DNA of 64,000 nucleotides from an uncultured Alphaproteobacteria bacterium (GCA_963748805.1 CAVVLH010000006.1:36186-100185), one strand, 5' to 3'. Shown: positions 48,858-58,562, counted from the first letter of the stretch. Notes: generated by a model not told the origin, from the sequence alone. Numbers and translations: made by a program.

Positions 48858-50669
48858 GTGAGACAACGCAGGACCGACTACGGCACAATCTTCTTGCACT
48901 GGCTGCTTGTCGCAGCCATCGGGGCCGCTTTCGTCAGCGGGCTTCGTATCGCAACGGAGGCGCCAAGCCGAACGTGGATCAATCTGTTCGACGTGCTGTT
49001 GCCGCGGGCCAATGTCTGGACCCTGCACATCGAAGCGGCGGTGGCACTGGTCGCGATTGCGGTCGCCTATACGGTCTATTTGACCCGATCCGGCCTGAGC
49101 CGCCGCGTGCAACTGGACAAGATTCGCCTGCGTGCCCTGATAGGACGAAAGCAGGGCCGGCTTGGTGCGGTCAGCGTCCTGCTTTCGTGGTTCTTCTTCC
49201 TCACCATGGCAATCCTGATCGTCAGCGGCGGCCTTCTCTATTTTGGCCTGCTCGCGGGCCAAAGTGTTGCGGCCGCACATTGGTGGGCGAGCTGGGCAAT
49301 TCCGGTCTTCACTTGCCTGCATATCCTTGTCCAGATTCTGATCGGCGGGACGTCGCAGCTTCTTCGTATTTTTCGTCCCGGACCCCTGCCGCCCCCTCCG
49401 CCTCGCCTTGATGCCGTGGAGCTGCTCACACTGCTCGCCGAACAGTCCGGGCAACCGGCAGCACAACCGCGGCAGCAGCCGCAGCGAAAGCCGAAAAGTG
49501 GCAGCCCGGCAAGGCAGCGCGACGTCACCCTGCAAGCGAACCCTCTCATCGTTGCAACGTCGGTCGCGATCCTGGGCACCTGGGTCATGATCGCGACGGA
49601 CTGGCTGATGGTCGACGGCTTGCGCATCCACCGCGTCTCCAGCGCGCAGGCTCCGATTCTTGACGGCGACACCTCCGATCCGGTCTGGCGCAACATCCAG
49701 CCGTTCTCCGTGATGACCAATCAGGGCGACAATTTCGACGGCAAGGGCGAAACCAGGATCAACATTCGCGCGGTGCATGACGGCGTCTGGGCGTATTTCC
49801 TGTTCGACTGGGAGGATCCGACGCGGTCGTTGAAGCAACTGCCGCTCATCAAGCGGGCTGACGGCTGGCAACTGCTGCATGACGGCTATGAGAGGGGCGA
49901 CGAGCACGCCTTCAATGAAGACAAGTTCGCTGTCCTGTTTACGACGCTGGACCTGACGCTGGCGGGCGACCACACCTTCCATGCGGGTCCGCAGCCGATC
50001 GACGGTGCGCCCCAGACCATGACCGGAAGAGGCTTGCACTACACATCCGCTGCCGGAGTTTACGCCGACGTGTGGCAATGGAAGGCCACCAGCACCGGCC
50101 CAAGCGGCTGGATGGACGATGATCATTTCGGTCCGCCGCTCGAGCCTACCCCCGCGCAATTACAAAACGCCGCTCCCTACCGGGGCGGGTTCGAGCCCGA
50201 CCCTGGCACCGCGAACTATTCCAGCAATTTCGACGCGACGCTGGATCCGGCAGACCGCGATCAAGTGGTGAGGCCGCGGCGTCTGCCGAAAGATCTCGCC
50301 ACGACGTCAGCGGCCATGGGCGCCATCGATCTCGATCCGGAGGTCGGCGAGAACGACGGCGCGCGCTGGTTCATGACGGAGGTCGATTCCGTTCCTTATA
50401 CGAAAGAGATGGACCGTCAGATCCCCGTCGGCACCGTCATTCCCGGGGTCATCATCTCCGGGGATTTTTCAGGCGACCGCGCCGACGTTCGATGCGCCGG
50501 GCGATGGGCCTCCGGACATTGGTCGCTCGAGGTCGCGCGGCGCCTCGATACGCACAGCCAATTCGACGTGCCGATCAAGACGGGCGTCTTCATGCGCGTC
50601 GCGGCATTCGACCACAGCCAGATCGCACATACGCGGCATGTCCGGCCCATTCGTATTGAGGTGGAGTAA
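48858..50669 (+). CDS. Di-heme cytochrome b fused to an ethylbenzene-dehydrogenase-gamma/DOMON-like heme-binding domain
   Basis: Four TM His (FLHW, TLHI, AAHW, CLHI); a fifth TM; then P.LDG...DP.W, F.WEDPT, EDKFAV, D.WQWKA, WSLEVARRL.T. Confidence 0.82.
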   Translation: MRQRRTDYGTIFLHWLLVAAIGAAFVSGLRIATEAPSRTWINLFDVLLPRANVWTLHIEAAVALVAIAVAYTVYLTRSGLSRRVQLDKIRLRALIGRKQGRLGAVSVLLSWFFFLTMAILIVSGGLLYFGLLAGQSVAAAHWWASWAIPVFTCLHILVQILIGGTSQLLRIFRPGPLPPPPPRLDAVELLTLLAEQSGQPAAQPRQQPQRKPKSGSPARQRDVTLQANPLIVATSVAILGTWVMIATDWLMVDGLRIHRVSSAQAPILDGDTSDPVWRNIQPFSVMTNQGDNFDGKGETRINIRAVHDGVWAYFLFDWEDPTRSLKQLPLIKRADGWQLLHDGYERGDEHAFNEDKFAVLFTTLDLTLAGDHTFHAGPQPIDGAPQTMTGRGLHYTSAAGVYADVWQWKATSTGPSGWMDDDHFGPPLEPTPAQLQNAAPYRGGFEPDPGTANYSSNFDATLDPADRDQVVRPRRLPKDLATTSAAMGAIDLDPEVGENDGARWFMTEVDSVPYTKEMDRQIPVGTVIPGVIISGDFSGDRADVRCAGRWASGHWSLEVARRLDTHSQFDVPIKTGVFMRVAAFDHSQIAHTRHVRPIRIEVE

Positions 50670-51703
50670 TGACAAAGATTTGCAAGGTGACCTTCAACAA
50701 AGAGACCTTTCTGATGAATTGCGGTGATCTCCTGCTCGACGGCGCGCTGATGAGCGGCGTCGATCTGCCCTACGATTGCCGCAGCGGCATTTGCGGGTCC
50801 TGCCGGGTGCGTCTTGAGGAAGGCAAGGTATTCGGCGGCACCGATGAGAGCAGCGACATGATCCACGCCTGTCAAGCGCGGGTCGTCTCCGATCTCAAAG
50901 TGGTCGCCGAGCCTACACCAGATCCGGTTTCGATACCGGCGCGGGTGTCCGAAATGGTCCGGCTCGCGCCCGATGTCATCGGCGTCGGCCTCGAGCTCCA
51001 GCAGCCATTCCGGCATCTGCCGGGCCAATATTGCAAATTGCAATTCCGCGGTTTCGCGGAACGATGCTATAGCGCGACCTACCCCCTCGAAGGCGCCCCG
51101 AATAATCGCCGGCTGCATTTTCACATCCGCCGCCTGCCGGACGGCGCCGTATCATCGGCGCTCGGAAGCAAGATCTGTGTTGGCCATCGCGTCAGGCTGT
51201 CGGGCCCGTTCGGCAGTGCATTCCATCGGCGCGAACATCATGGTCGCATGGTCCTGGTCGCCAGCGGGACGGGGTTCGCACCGATGTGGGCGATCGCGGC
51301 CGCCGCCATCACCGAGCGGCCGCAGCGCGAGCTGACCTTTGTGGTCGCCACCCGAAAGCTGAAGTCGTTCTACATGCACAGCGCGTTGTGCCGGCTGGCA
51401 CGATTTCCCAATGTCACCATCGTTCCCGTCGTATCGGAACCGCAGAGCGTCTCGTTTGCCATCAGAAGCGGACGACCGGTCGACTACCTGCCTGAACTGT
51501 CGCCGGAAGACATCGTCTATACGGCGGGTGCGCCCGCCATGACCGACGCTGTGGCAGAGATCGCGAAGGCGGCGGGCGCCAGATGCTACACGGACCCGTT
51601 CTCGCCTAACGATCAAGGCGGAGATTCCTCCGGCCTGATGGCGCGTTTCGTCGGCTGGCTCGACGGTTCCAGAAAGAGCCCCGAAGTTCTGCACGCCGCT
51701 TGA
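50669..51703 (+). CDS. 2Fe-2S ferredoxin:FAD/NAD(P)H oxidoreductase
   Basis: CRSGICGSC...ACQ cluster motif, RCYS (FAD), GPFG, ASGTGFAP; TAATG overlap with the upstream gene. Confidence 0.92.
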   Translation: MTKICKVTFNKETFLMNCGDLLLDGALMSGVDLPYDCRSGICGSCRVRLEEGKVFGGTDESSDMIHACQARVVSDLKVVAEPTPDPVSIPARVSEMVRLAPDVIGVGLELQQPFRHLPGQYCKLQFRGFAERCYSATYPLEGAPNNRRLHFHIRRLPDGAVSSALGSKICVGHRVRLSGPFGSAFHRREHHGRMVLVASGTGFAPMWAIAAAAITERPQRELTFVVATRKLKSFYMHSALCRLARFPNVTIVPVVSEPQSVSFAIRSGRPVDYLPELSPEDIVYTAGAPAMTDAVAEIAKAAGARCYTDPFSPNDQGGDSSGLMARFVGWLDGSRKSPEVLHAA

Positions 51704-51736
51704 GAACCGCTGCGCCCGCCGGCGCAGCGTTTCGAT

Positions 51737-52603
51737 CTAGTTGCTCAGTCGTTCAATCACCAAATCCAGCAGCGCCCGCAATCGCGCGAGCTTCTTCAGG
51801 TCGCGATGGTAGCCGACATAGGTATCGCGCCGGGGCGGCTCTTCCCCAAGATCGATCCGCCTTACGCCCAGAAGCGCATCCCCTATCGGCCGCGGAAGCA
51901 CGGCGACGCCCGCCCCGCATGCGCACATCCGCGCCTGGACGTCGCGATTGTTGCTGCGCGAGACCACATGGCCGTTGGGCAAGACCTTCCGAAGCCAGAC
52001 CGCGTCTGGCATGCCGGCGAAATTGACATCGAGGGTGATGAGCGGCATTCCCCCGCCGTCGCCGGGATGTGGCGCCTCGATATCCGATTTGAGGTAGGCC
52101 CCGTAAGGAATGGTCATCAAGCGCCGCGATATCACCTCCGGCTCATCGAACGGCCGGATCCTGAACACCATCTCGGCTTCCCGCCGGGGCAGGCTGTAGA
52201 GAATCTCACTGGTCAGCAGTTCGACAACGACGCGCGGATGAAGTTTGGAAAATTCGGCGAACACCGGCGCAAGCATGTGAGCGCCAAACCAGTCGGACGA
52301 CGAAATGCGCAGCAACCCTTCCAGTTGCTGGTCTTCGCCGGCGAGCCTTCGCTGGAAGGCAAGGACTTCTTCCTCGATCCGCTCCGCATGCGAGAGCACG
52401 GCCTCACCTTCGTCGGTCAGGACGAAGCCATCGCCGGTACGCTGGAACAGGGTTTGGCCGACCGCCTCCTCCAGGGCCCTCAGCCGTCGGCCCATGGTCG
52501 GCTGACTTTGGCCTAACTTCTGGGCTGCGCCACTGAGCGTCCCTTCACGGGCGACAGCGAGGAAGATACGAAGATCGCTCCATTCCACCGAATGGTCCCT
52601 CAT
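51737..52603 (-). CDS. LysR family transcriptional regulator
   Basis: WSDLRIFLAVAREGTLSGAA..LG.SQPT.GRRL..LE...G..LF.R. Confidence 0.95.
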   Translation of the reverse strand: MRDHSVEWSDLRIFLAVAREGTLSGAAQKLGQSQPTMGRRLRALEEAVGQTLFQRTGDGFVLTDEGEAVLSHAERIEEEVLAFQRRLAGEDQQLEGLLRISSSDWFGAHMLAPVFAEFSKLHPRVVVELLTSEILYSLPRREAEMVFRIRPFDEPEVISRRLMTIPYGAYLKSDIEAPHPGDGGGMPLITLDVNFAGMPDAVWLRKVLPNGHVVSRSNNRDVQARMCACGAGVAVLPRPIGDALLGVRRIDLGEEPPRRDTYVGYHRDLKKLARLRALLDLVIERLSN

Positions 52604-52691
52604 TCAATTTTGTCTGGAGTCCGTGCAGCTTTGTGAGTTTCCATGGACGCCTGCCGCATCCATCTTGTGACCCTGAAGAAGGACAACAAAG

Positions 52692-53705
52692 ATGATGACC
52701 TCAACTCCTACCATGCAGGCGGCCGTTCTCACCAGCCACGGATCGCCCTTCACGATTGGCCCGATTTCCCGCCCCAAGGCCGAGCAGGGTCAGGTTCTCG
52801 TTCGGATCAAGGCCAGCGCCGTCAATCCGCTCGATCTCAAGATCCATCACGGCGAGGCGGCTCATGCGCGTCATCCGCTGCCGGCGGTCCTTGGCATCGA
52901 CCTCGCCGGTGTCGTCGAAAACGTCGGACCGGGCGTCACAGGTTTCCGTCGGGGCGACGAGGTGTTCGGCATGACCGGAGGGGTCGGCGGCCTGCAAGGC
53001 TCGCTGGCCGAGTTTGCCGCGGTCGATGCCGATCTGCTGGCACTGAAGCCGGCCAACCTCACCATGCGTGAGGCTGCGGCCCTTCCGCTGATATTCATCA
53101 CCGCATGGGAGGGACTTGTCGATCGCGCGGGCGTCGGACCAAGGCAAAAGGTGCTGATCCAGGGCGGCGGAGGCGGCGTGGGCCATATCGCGGTCCAGCT
53201 CGCCCGGGCGTTCGGCGCGGAAGTCTTCGCGACTGGATCGGCCAGGGACAAGGCTTACATCGAGCAACTCGGTGCGACCTTCATCGATTACAACGCCGCG
53301 CCGGTGGCCGATTATGTCGCCAAGCATAGCGGTGGCCGCGGCTTCGACATCGTCTACGACACCGTCGGCGGTGCTGTGCTGGACGCGTCATTCAACGCGG
53401 TGGCGCGCTTCGGACATGTGGTCAGCGCGCTCGGCTGGGGCACGCACGCGCTGGCCCCGCTATCGTTCCGCGCCGCGAGCTATTCGGGCATCTTTACATT
53501 GCTGCCGATGCTGACGGGCGAAGGCCGGGCTCATCATGGCGAGATCCTGCGTGAGGCGACCAGGCTCGTCGAGGCGGGAAAGATCGTACCGAAGCTCGAT
53601 CCCCGCCGGTTCACTTTTGAGACGATCGCGGATGCCTATGACGCCGTCAGGACCCGGAAGGCCACTGGCAAGATTGTCGTCGATGTCGAAACCTTGAAGG
53701 CGTAA
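52692..53705 (+). CDS. MDR superfamily NAD(P)H quinone oxidoreductase-like protein
   Basis: VNP.D.K, LG.D.AG.V..VG.GV..F..GDEVFG, GGGGGVG, GKIVV. Confidence 0.92.
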   Translation: MMTSTPTMQAAVLTSHGSPFTIGPISRPKAEQGQVLVRIKASAVNPLDLKIHHGEAAHARHPLPAVLGIDLAGVVENVGPGVTGFRRGDEVFGMTGGVGGLQGSLAEFAAVDADLLALKPANLTMREAAALPLIFITAWEGLVDRAGVGPRQKVLIQGGGGGVGHIAVQLARAFGAEVFATGSARDKAYIEQLGATFIDYNAAPVADYVAKHSGGRGFDIVYDTVGGAVLDASFNAVARFGHVVSALGWGTHALAPLSFRAASYSGIFTLLPMLTGEGRAHHGEILREATRLVEAGKIVPKLDPRRFTFETIADAYDAVRTRKATGKIVVDVETLKA

Positions 53706-53850
53706 GGCCGCTATTCGAGGAACGACTCGGATTTTTCGTCGGGTTTTGACGCCTAACGACATCGTCATTCCACGGATGAAAGTCCGCATGTAGGGTAAAA
53801 GCGGACGCGGCTCAAAGCCGCCGAACGATTGAGATGCAGGAACTAGAAAC

Positions 53851-54519
53851 GTGATGAAGCGGTTTAGCCGGGTATTTTTGACCATCGTTGCACTGGCGTT
53901 GCCGTCCGCAGCATTTGCCGAGGAATGGCCGGGCAGTTTCCTCGCGCGTGTCGAGGCCATGGCGTTGATCGAAACGCTGAATGCCGAACTGCTCTCGAAT
54001 CCCAGCGCCACCCTGACGCTGGAGCGCTGGTGCGGCGCCCACCGGCTGGCGGCAGAGGCAAAGGTTTCAGCGCACCTTGTGCGCGGAGAAGATCGGCAGA
54101 TTGCGCCGGAAGATCGCCAGCGGTTCGCGATTGCCGCTGACGAGCCTGTACGTTACCGGCGCGTGCAATTGTTCTGCGGCGACAGGCTGCTTTCCGAGGC
54201 CGACAATTGGTATGTGCCGAGCCGCCTCACGCCCGAGATGAACCGCCTGCTTGACGAAACCGACACGCCCTTCGGACGCGCGGTGAAGGATCTTGAATTC
54301 CAGCGCCAGACGCTCAAGGTCACCCCGCTCTGGCAGCCACTGCCCGAAGGATGGGAGCTTCAGGCGGCACAAAAGGACGGGACGAGCGCTCTGCCGATCC
54401 CTGACCATGTGCTGGAGCACCGCGCCATTCTTTTTACAAAAGCACGGGTGCCGTTCTCGATCGTGGTCGAGACCTATACGAAGCACATGTTCGATTTTCC
54501 GCTCAACGCCGCGAAGTAA
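53851..54519 (+). CDS. Secreted hypothetical protein, possible chorismate-lyase-like fold
   Basis: Signal peptide; SAT..LE.WC, YR.VQL.CGD.LLSEA.NWY, TDTPFG.AV pattern (fold call from recall). Confidence 0.6.
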   Translation: MMKRFSRVFLTIVALALPSAAFAEEWPGSFLARVEAMALIETLNAELLSNPSATLTLERWCGAHRLAAEAKVSAHLVRGEDRQIAPEDRQRFAIAADEPVRYRRVQLFCGDRLLSEADNWYVPSRLTPEMNRLLDETDTPFGRAVKDLEFQRQTLKVTPLWQPLPEGWELQAAQKDGTSALPIPDHVLEHRAILFTKARVPFSIVVETYTKHMFDFPLNAAK

Positions 54520-54650
54520 CGGGCGCGACGCTCGATGCGGTGAACATCACCGGCGGGTGCCGGCGACCACTGCGGGCATGTTTTCCAGAAACATGGGGAA
54601 ACAACATTTTCTTTTAAAAAAGGCGCCGAATCACGGCCCATGATGAACTG

Positions 54651-55388
54651 ATGATCACCCAGAATATCCTGATTGTGGAAGACGATAGGGAGATGCGAAC
54701 CCTGATTGCGCGGTATCTGCGTGCCAATGGCTGCAATCCGATTGCTGTGGCCGATGGCGTCGAAATGGTGCGCATCTTGGCCGTCTGCCGCGTCGATGTT
54801 CTTATTCTGGATCTCATGCTTCCGGGTGAAGACGGCCTCAGTCTTTGCCGCAAGGTGAGAGCAGGATCTTCCTCACTGCCGATTATCATCCTCACCGCCC
54901 GCGGCGGCGACGTTGACCGTATCGTCGGACTCGATAACGGGGCGGATGACTACCTCGCAAAGCCGTTCAATCCACGCGAATTGCTGGCAAGAATACACGC
55001 CATCATGCGGCGGCAAGCTTTCGGCCACAGCGCCCGTTTGACCGACGACGCGGCCGTGCTTGCATTCCTTGGCTGGCAAATCGACCTTCGTCAGCGCGAA
55101 GTCCGAAGCCCCAATGCCGCGAGCATCGCCATGACAGGTGCCGAGTTCAACCTTCTGCAGACCTTCTGCGAAAGAGCCGGACGGGTACTTTCCCGTGATG
55201 ACTTGCTCGATCTTACCCAGAGCCGTGACGGAAGTGCTCTGGGGCGGAGCATCGACGTCCTGGTAAGCCGCATCAGGCGCAAGATCGAAGACGATCCGCA
55301 AAATCCCTCCATTATCAAGACGGTGCGTGCCGGAGGATACATGTTCACGCCCAAGGTCGAGGTTATCGCGCACGCCACGAGCAGCTGA
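54651..55388 (+). CDS. OmpR/PhoB family response regulator
   Basis: ILIVEDD, DLMLPGEDG, GADDYLAKPF.PREL, R.IDV.VSRIRRKIE, KTVR.GGY. Confidence 0.95.
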   Translation: MITQNILIVEDDREMRTLIARYLRANGCNPIAVADGVEMVRILAVCRVDVLILDLMLPGEDGLSLCRKVRAGSSSLPIIILTARGGDVDRIVGLDNGADDYLAKPFNPRELLARIHAIMRRQAFGHSARLTDDAAVLAFLGWQIDLRQREVRSPNAASIAMTGAEFNLLQTFCERAGRVLSRDDLLDLTQSRDGSALGRSIDVLVSRIRRKIEDDPQNPSIIKTVRAGGYMFTPKVEVIAHATSS

Positions 55389-56737
55389 TGAGAGACGCGA
55401 TCGCTTTCCTGAATTTAAGACGGATTAGCGGTCAGATAACAGCGCTGGTGCTCGCCTCCATCGTCACACTGCATTTAATTGTCACGACCGTCTTTCTGAT
55501 CCACCAGCCCGATCCGCAATCGCGGCATGAGAATCCGTTTCTGCACAGTCATGCTCTGGCGGGTGTGGCTATGCGTCTGCTTGGCGCGGCAACGCCGGCA
55601 GAGCGGGCTACTCTCATCGCGGTATTCTCGCGTTCCGATCCGCAGCTGGAGATCGAGGCGCTGCCGCGCGATTCCGTTCCGCCACCGGAAGATGCTCGCC
55701 GAACCAAGTTGAGGGATTTGCCGCCCTGGTTCAGGGACGATGTCAGGATCTTTGCGGTCGATGCCGACGCAGACAATCCCAGGATCGGTTTCGCCTTGCC
55801 GGACGGGACCGGGGTTACCATGCGGCTGAAACCGGATGGCCACCGCCCGCCATTCTGGGCCGGCCCGTGGATGATGACGTTGTTTCTCGCGGCCATCAGC
55901 GTTGTGCTGCTTAGTCTGTGGGCCGCGCGCGCCTTGACGACCCCGCTATCGTCGTTTGCCGACGCTGCGGAAAATTTCAGCCTTAGTCGCACGCTGAGCT
56001 CGCTGCCGGAACGCGGGCCCGAGGAAGTCCGGCGCGCGGCACGCGCCCTCAATCGAATGCACGATCGTATCGCCGGTCTTTTGGACGATCGCACCAAGAT
56101 GCTTGCTGCGATCAGTCACGATTTACGTACTCCAATTACGAGAATGCGTCTGCGCTCCGAGTTCATAGATGATGAAGCGCAGCGCGATCGCATGTCGGCC
56201 GACCTCGATCAGATGCGATCGATGCTGGATTCGGTGCTCACGTTCCTGCGCAACGATCGCAAACTGGAGGTCATGACGCTGGTCGATATCGCGACCGTGT
56301 TGCAGCTGATCGCAGACCAATTCACCGATATGGGGCACAGCGTCACTTATGCCGGTCCCGAACATGCCATGGCCATGGCGCGACCGGACGATATCCGTCG
56401 CGGCATCACGAATTTGGTAGAAAATGCGGTCAGGTTCGCGAACAGCACAACGGTTCGGCTGACCACGTCGCAGGGCCATGCGATCATCGACGTCGACGAC
56501 AACGGGCCCGGCATTGCCGAAACCCAGAAGGGCAAAGTGCTCGAGCCGTTTGTGCGAGGTGACGACGCCCGGAATATGGACGAGGCTTCAGGCTTTGGGC
56601 TGGGACTGTCAATCGCGCGGGCCATCGCGTTGGCACACGGCGGTATGCTGTCGCTCCATGACCTGGCGCCGCGGGGCTTGAGAGCGCGAGTGCAATTCCC
56701 GCTCAACGAAAGTATCCAGCTTCGAAAGGCGTCGTGA
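55388..56737 (+). CDS. HAMP-domain sensor histidine kinase
   Basis: Two TM, HAMP, ISHDLRTPITR, NLVENA, DDNGPGI, GFGLGLSI. Confidence 0.95.
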   Translation: MRDAIAFLNLRRISGQITALVLASIVTLHLIVTTVFLIHQPDPQSRHENPFLHSHALAGVAMRLLGAATPAERATLIAVFSRSDPQLEIEALPRDSVPPPEDARRTKLRDLPPWFRDDVRIFAVDADADNPRIGFALPDGTGVTMRLKPDGHRPPFWAGPWMMTLFLAAISVVLLSLWAARALTTPLSSFADAAENFSLSRTLSSLPERGPEEVRRAARALNRMHDRIAGLLDDRTKMLAAISHDLRTPITRMRLRSEFIDDEAQRDRMSADLDQMRSMLDSVLTFLRNDRKLEVMTLVDIATVLQLIADQFTDMGHSVTYAGPEHAMAMARPDDIRRGITNLVENAVRFANSTTVRLTTSQGHAIIDVDDNGPGIAETQKGKVLEPFVRGDDARNMDEASGFGLGLSIARAIALAHGGMLSLHDLAPRGLRARVQFPLNESIQLRKAS

Positions 56738-56928
56738 ATTCGGGCTTCGGTTGGCCCCTGTTCTTCCAAACGAGCCGCCTAACACGAAGAGCACGTCCAG
56801 ATTTTTGTTTCAATCTGGCAACAGAGACAAACCTGAAACATCCGGAAATAACCCGCCGCAGCCCGGTAAGATTGAGTTAATCGAGCCTGCCTAACCATGG
56901 CGACATCTTATTCGGCGGGAGACATTCG

Positions 56929-57627
56929 ATGTCATCGATTTCGGCAACCAGCTCCAATCAGTACGCGTACAGCAGTCCTCTTCAGCAGCTCGAGTCCGAG
57001 CTTCAATCCGAAGTGTCGGCCGGCACCGTCAGTTCATCTGACGAGACGGCGCTGTCGTCGGCACTGACGAGCATCAACGATTCGCTGACGTCCGGTCAGT
57101 CCTCGTCCGGTTCGTCCAGCTCCACGGCCGGCAGCGGGGATACCGGTCCTGGAGATATCAAGTCCAAGATCACAAGCCTTATCCAGGCTCAGGTCTCCAG
57201 CGGCGCCCTGACGAGTTCTCAGGCCACTGAATTGCAGAACCTGTTCACCAACACCTTTGCCAATGGACCGGGCGGCGCCGGCGGTCCTAGTGGACCCGGC
57301 GGTCCTGGTGGACCCGGGGGCGCCGGTGGACCACCGCCCGGCCCCCCTCCGGGCGGCGGTCCATCGGGGAGCAACGGTTCATCGTCGTCGTCTTCGAACA
57401 GCCTGGCCTCGGAAATCGAGCAGTTGATCGACAGCAGCGCGTCGTCTTCAAGTTCGAGCGACTTGTCGTCGAGCAGCAGCTCGTCATCCGACAGCAATTC
57501 GTTGAGCAACGTTCTGCAAGACTTCTTGAAATCGCTTCAGGATGCTCAATCCTCTTCTTACGCAGCGAATGGCGCTGCGACAACGTCCAGTTCAAGCTTG
57601 TCGGCGCTGTTCAACTATCAGGCCTGA
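56929..57627 (+). CDS. Ser/Gly/Pro-rich low-complexity protein
   Basis: GGGAG RBS; two short helical repeats, GGP repeats, poly-Ser, C-terminal LFNYQA. Confidence 0.8.
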   Translation: MSSISATSSNQYAYSSPLQQLESELQSEVSAGTVSSSDETALSSALTSINDSLTSGQSSSGSSSSTAGSGDTGPGDIKSKITSLIQAQVSSGALTSSQATELQNLFTNTFANGPGGAGGPSGPGGPGGPGGAGGPPPGPPPGGGPSGSNGSSSSSSNSLASEIEQLIDSSASSSSSSDLSSSSSSSSDSNSLSNVLQDFLKSLQDAQSSSYAANGAATTSSSSLSALFNYQA

Positions 57628-57669
57628 TGTTCCAAAAAATCCGCTGAGGCGGCCTGGCACAAAATCGCT

Positions 57670-57697
57670 CCTCCCTCTCCTGCTAAAGAGAGGGAGG
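57670..57697. terminator. Hairpin between convergent genes
   Basis: cctccctctc-ctgctaaa-gagagggagg. Confidence 0.5.
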
Positions 57698-57707
57698 AGA
57701 AGCCCGA

Positions 57708-58397
57708 TCAGTTCGCCGCGAAACAATACAGCAAGCCGTCGCCGCCGGTGCTCTTGAGGTCGGCCTGCGAACAGCCGCCATCCGGACCACGCGAGGGATG
57801 CGAGGAGTTCCAGGATTTCGAGGCATCGTCGTCGCGCAGGCCGATGCGGTCGATATGGCCCAGCATCGCCGCACCCTGCGTGGAGCTCGTCCAGTTCTTG
57901 CAGGTGCGGTCTTCACCGGCTGCAAACGCCGTACCGTCCGGTTGCGAGCCGGTTAATGCGTCGTGACGGTTCGGCGTGTCGCCACGGCCGTTGATCACTT
58001 CGCCCTTTTCGCTGAGCGCGGTTTGCTTGTTCAGGTTGTTGGAGGCTGAGTGCAGGTCGGCAACGTCCTTGGCGATCACGACGCCTTTCGAATTCTGCCA
58101 CGGTCCCTTGCCGATGCGATCGCGCGCATTGATCGCCGGCTTGCCGTCGGCGGCCTGGGTCGAAAGATAAGCGTGCCAGGTCTTGGCGGTCGCGCCCGAG
58201 GCGGTGGCGAGCGTCGCGCAATGTTTGTCGGCGCCGTCGATACCGCCGAGGTCGGCGCCCTTGCCGGGACCGGCCGAGGTGACGAAGAAGGTGGTATTGG
58301 CCGATTGGGCTTGCGCCGGCGCGACGGCAACAATCGCGAACAAGCCAGCCACCGAGACAAGAGCGAAACGCGAAATTTGTTTAGCGAGAACAGACAT
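57708..58397 (-). CDS. Secreted C-type-lectin/endostatin-like protein
   Basis: GGAGG RBS, signal peptide, TFFVTS, DLGG..GAD.HC..LA, W.AYLS, ARDRIG.GPW, C..WTS, YCFA. Confidence 0.8.
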   Translation of the reverse strand: MSVLAKQISRFALVSVAGLFAIVAVAPAQAQSANTTFFVTSAGPGKGADLGGIDGADKHCATLATASGATAKTWHAYLSTQAADGKPAINARDRIGKGPWQNSKGVVIAKDVADLHSASNNLNKQTALSEKGEVINGRGDTPNRHDALTGSQPDGTAFAAGEDRTCKNWTSSTQGAAMLGHIDRIGLRDDDASKSWNSSHPSRGPDGGCSQADLKSTGGDGLLYCFAAN

Positions 58398-58562
58398 TGA
58401 AAACCTCCCATTTGTTTTTGATTGAACGACCGCTTTGCATCGGCCGTCCAACGATAATGCAACCCTTTTCGGTCGACATTATTCCGTTTGCGCGACGCAC
58501 AAATGAAAAAGGCGCCGCGGTAAAACCGCAGCGCCCGTTCACGTCACAATTTTCGAGCAAGA

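Noticed and set aside
57655-57669. Sigma-54 promoter-like TGGCAC...TCGC
   Set aside because: GG-to-GC spacing is 9 rather than 10, and it points into a convergent gene end
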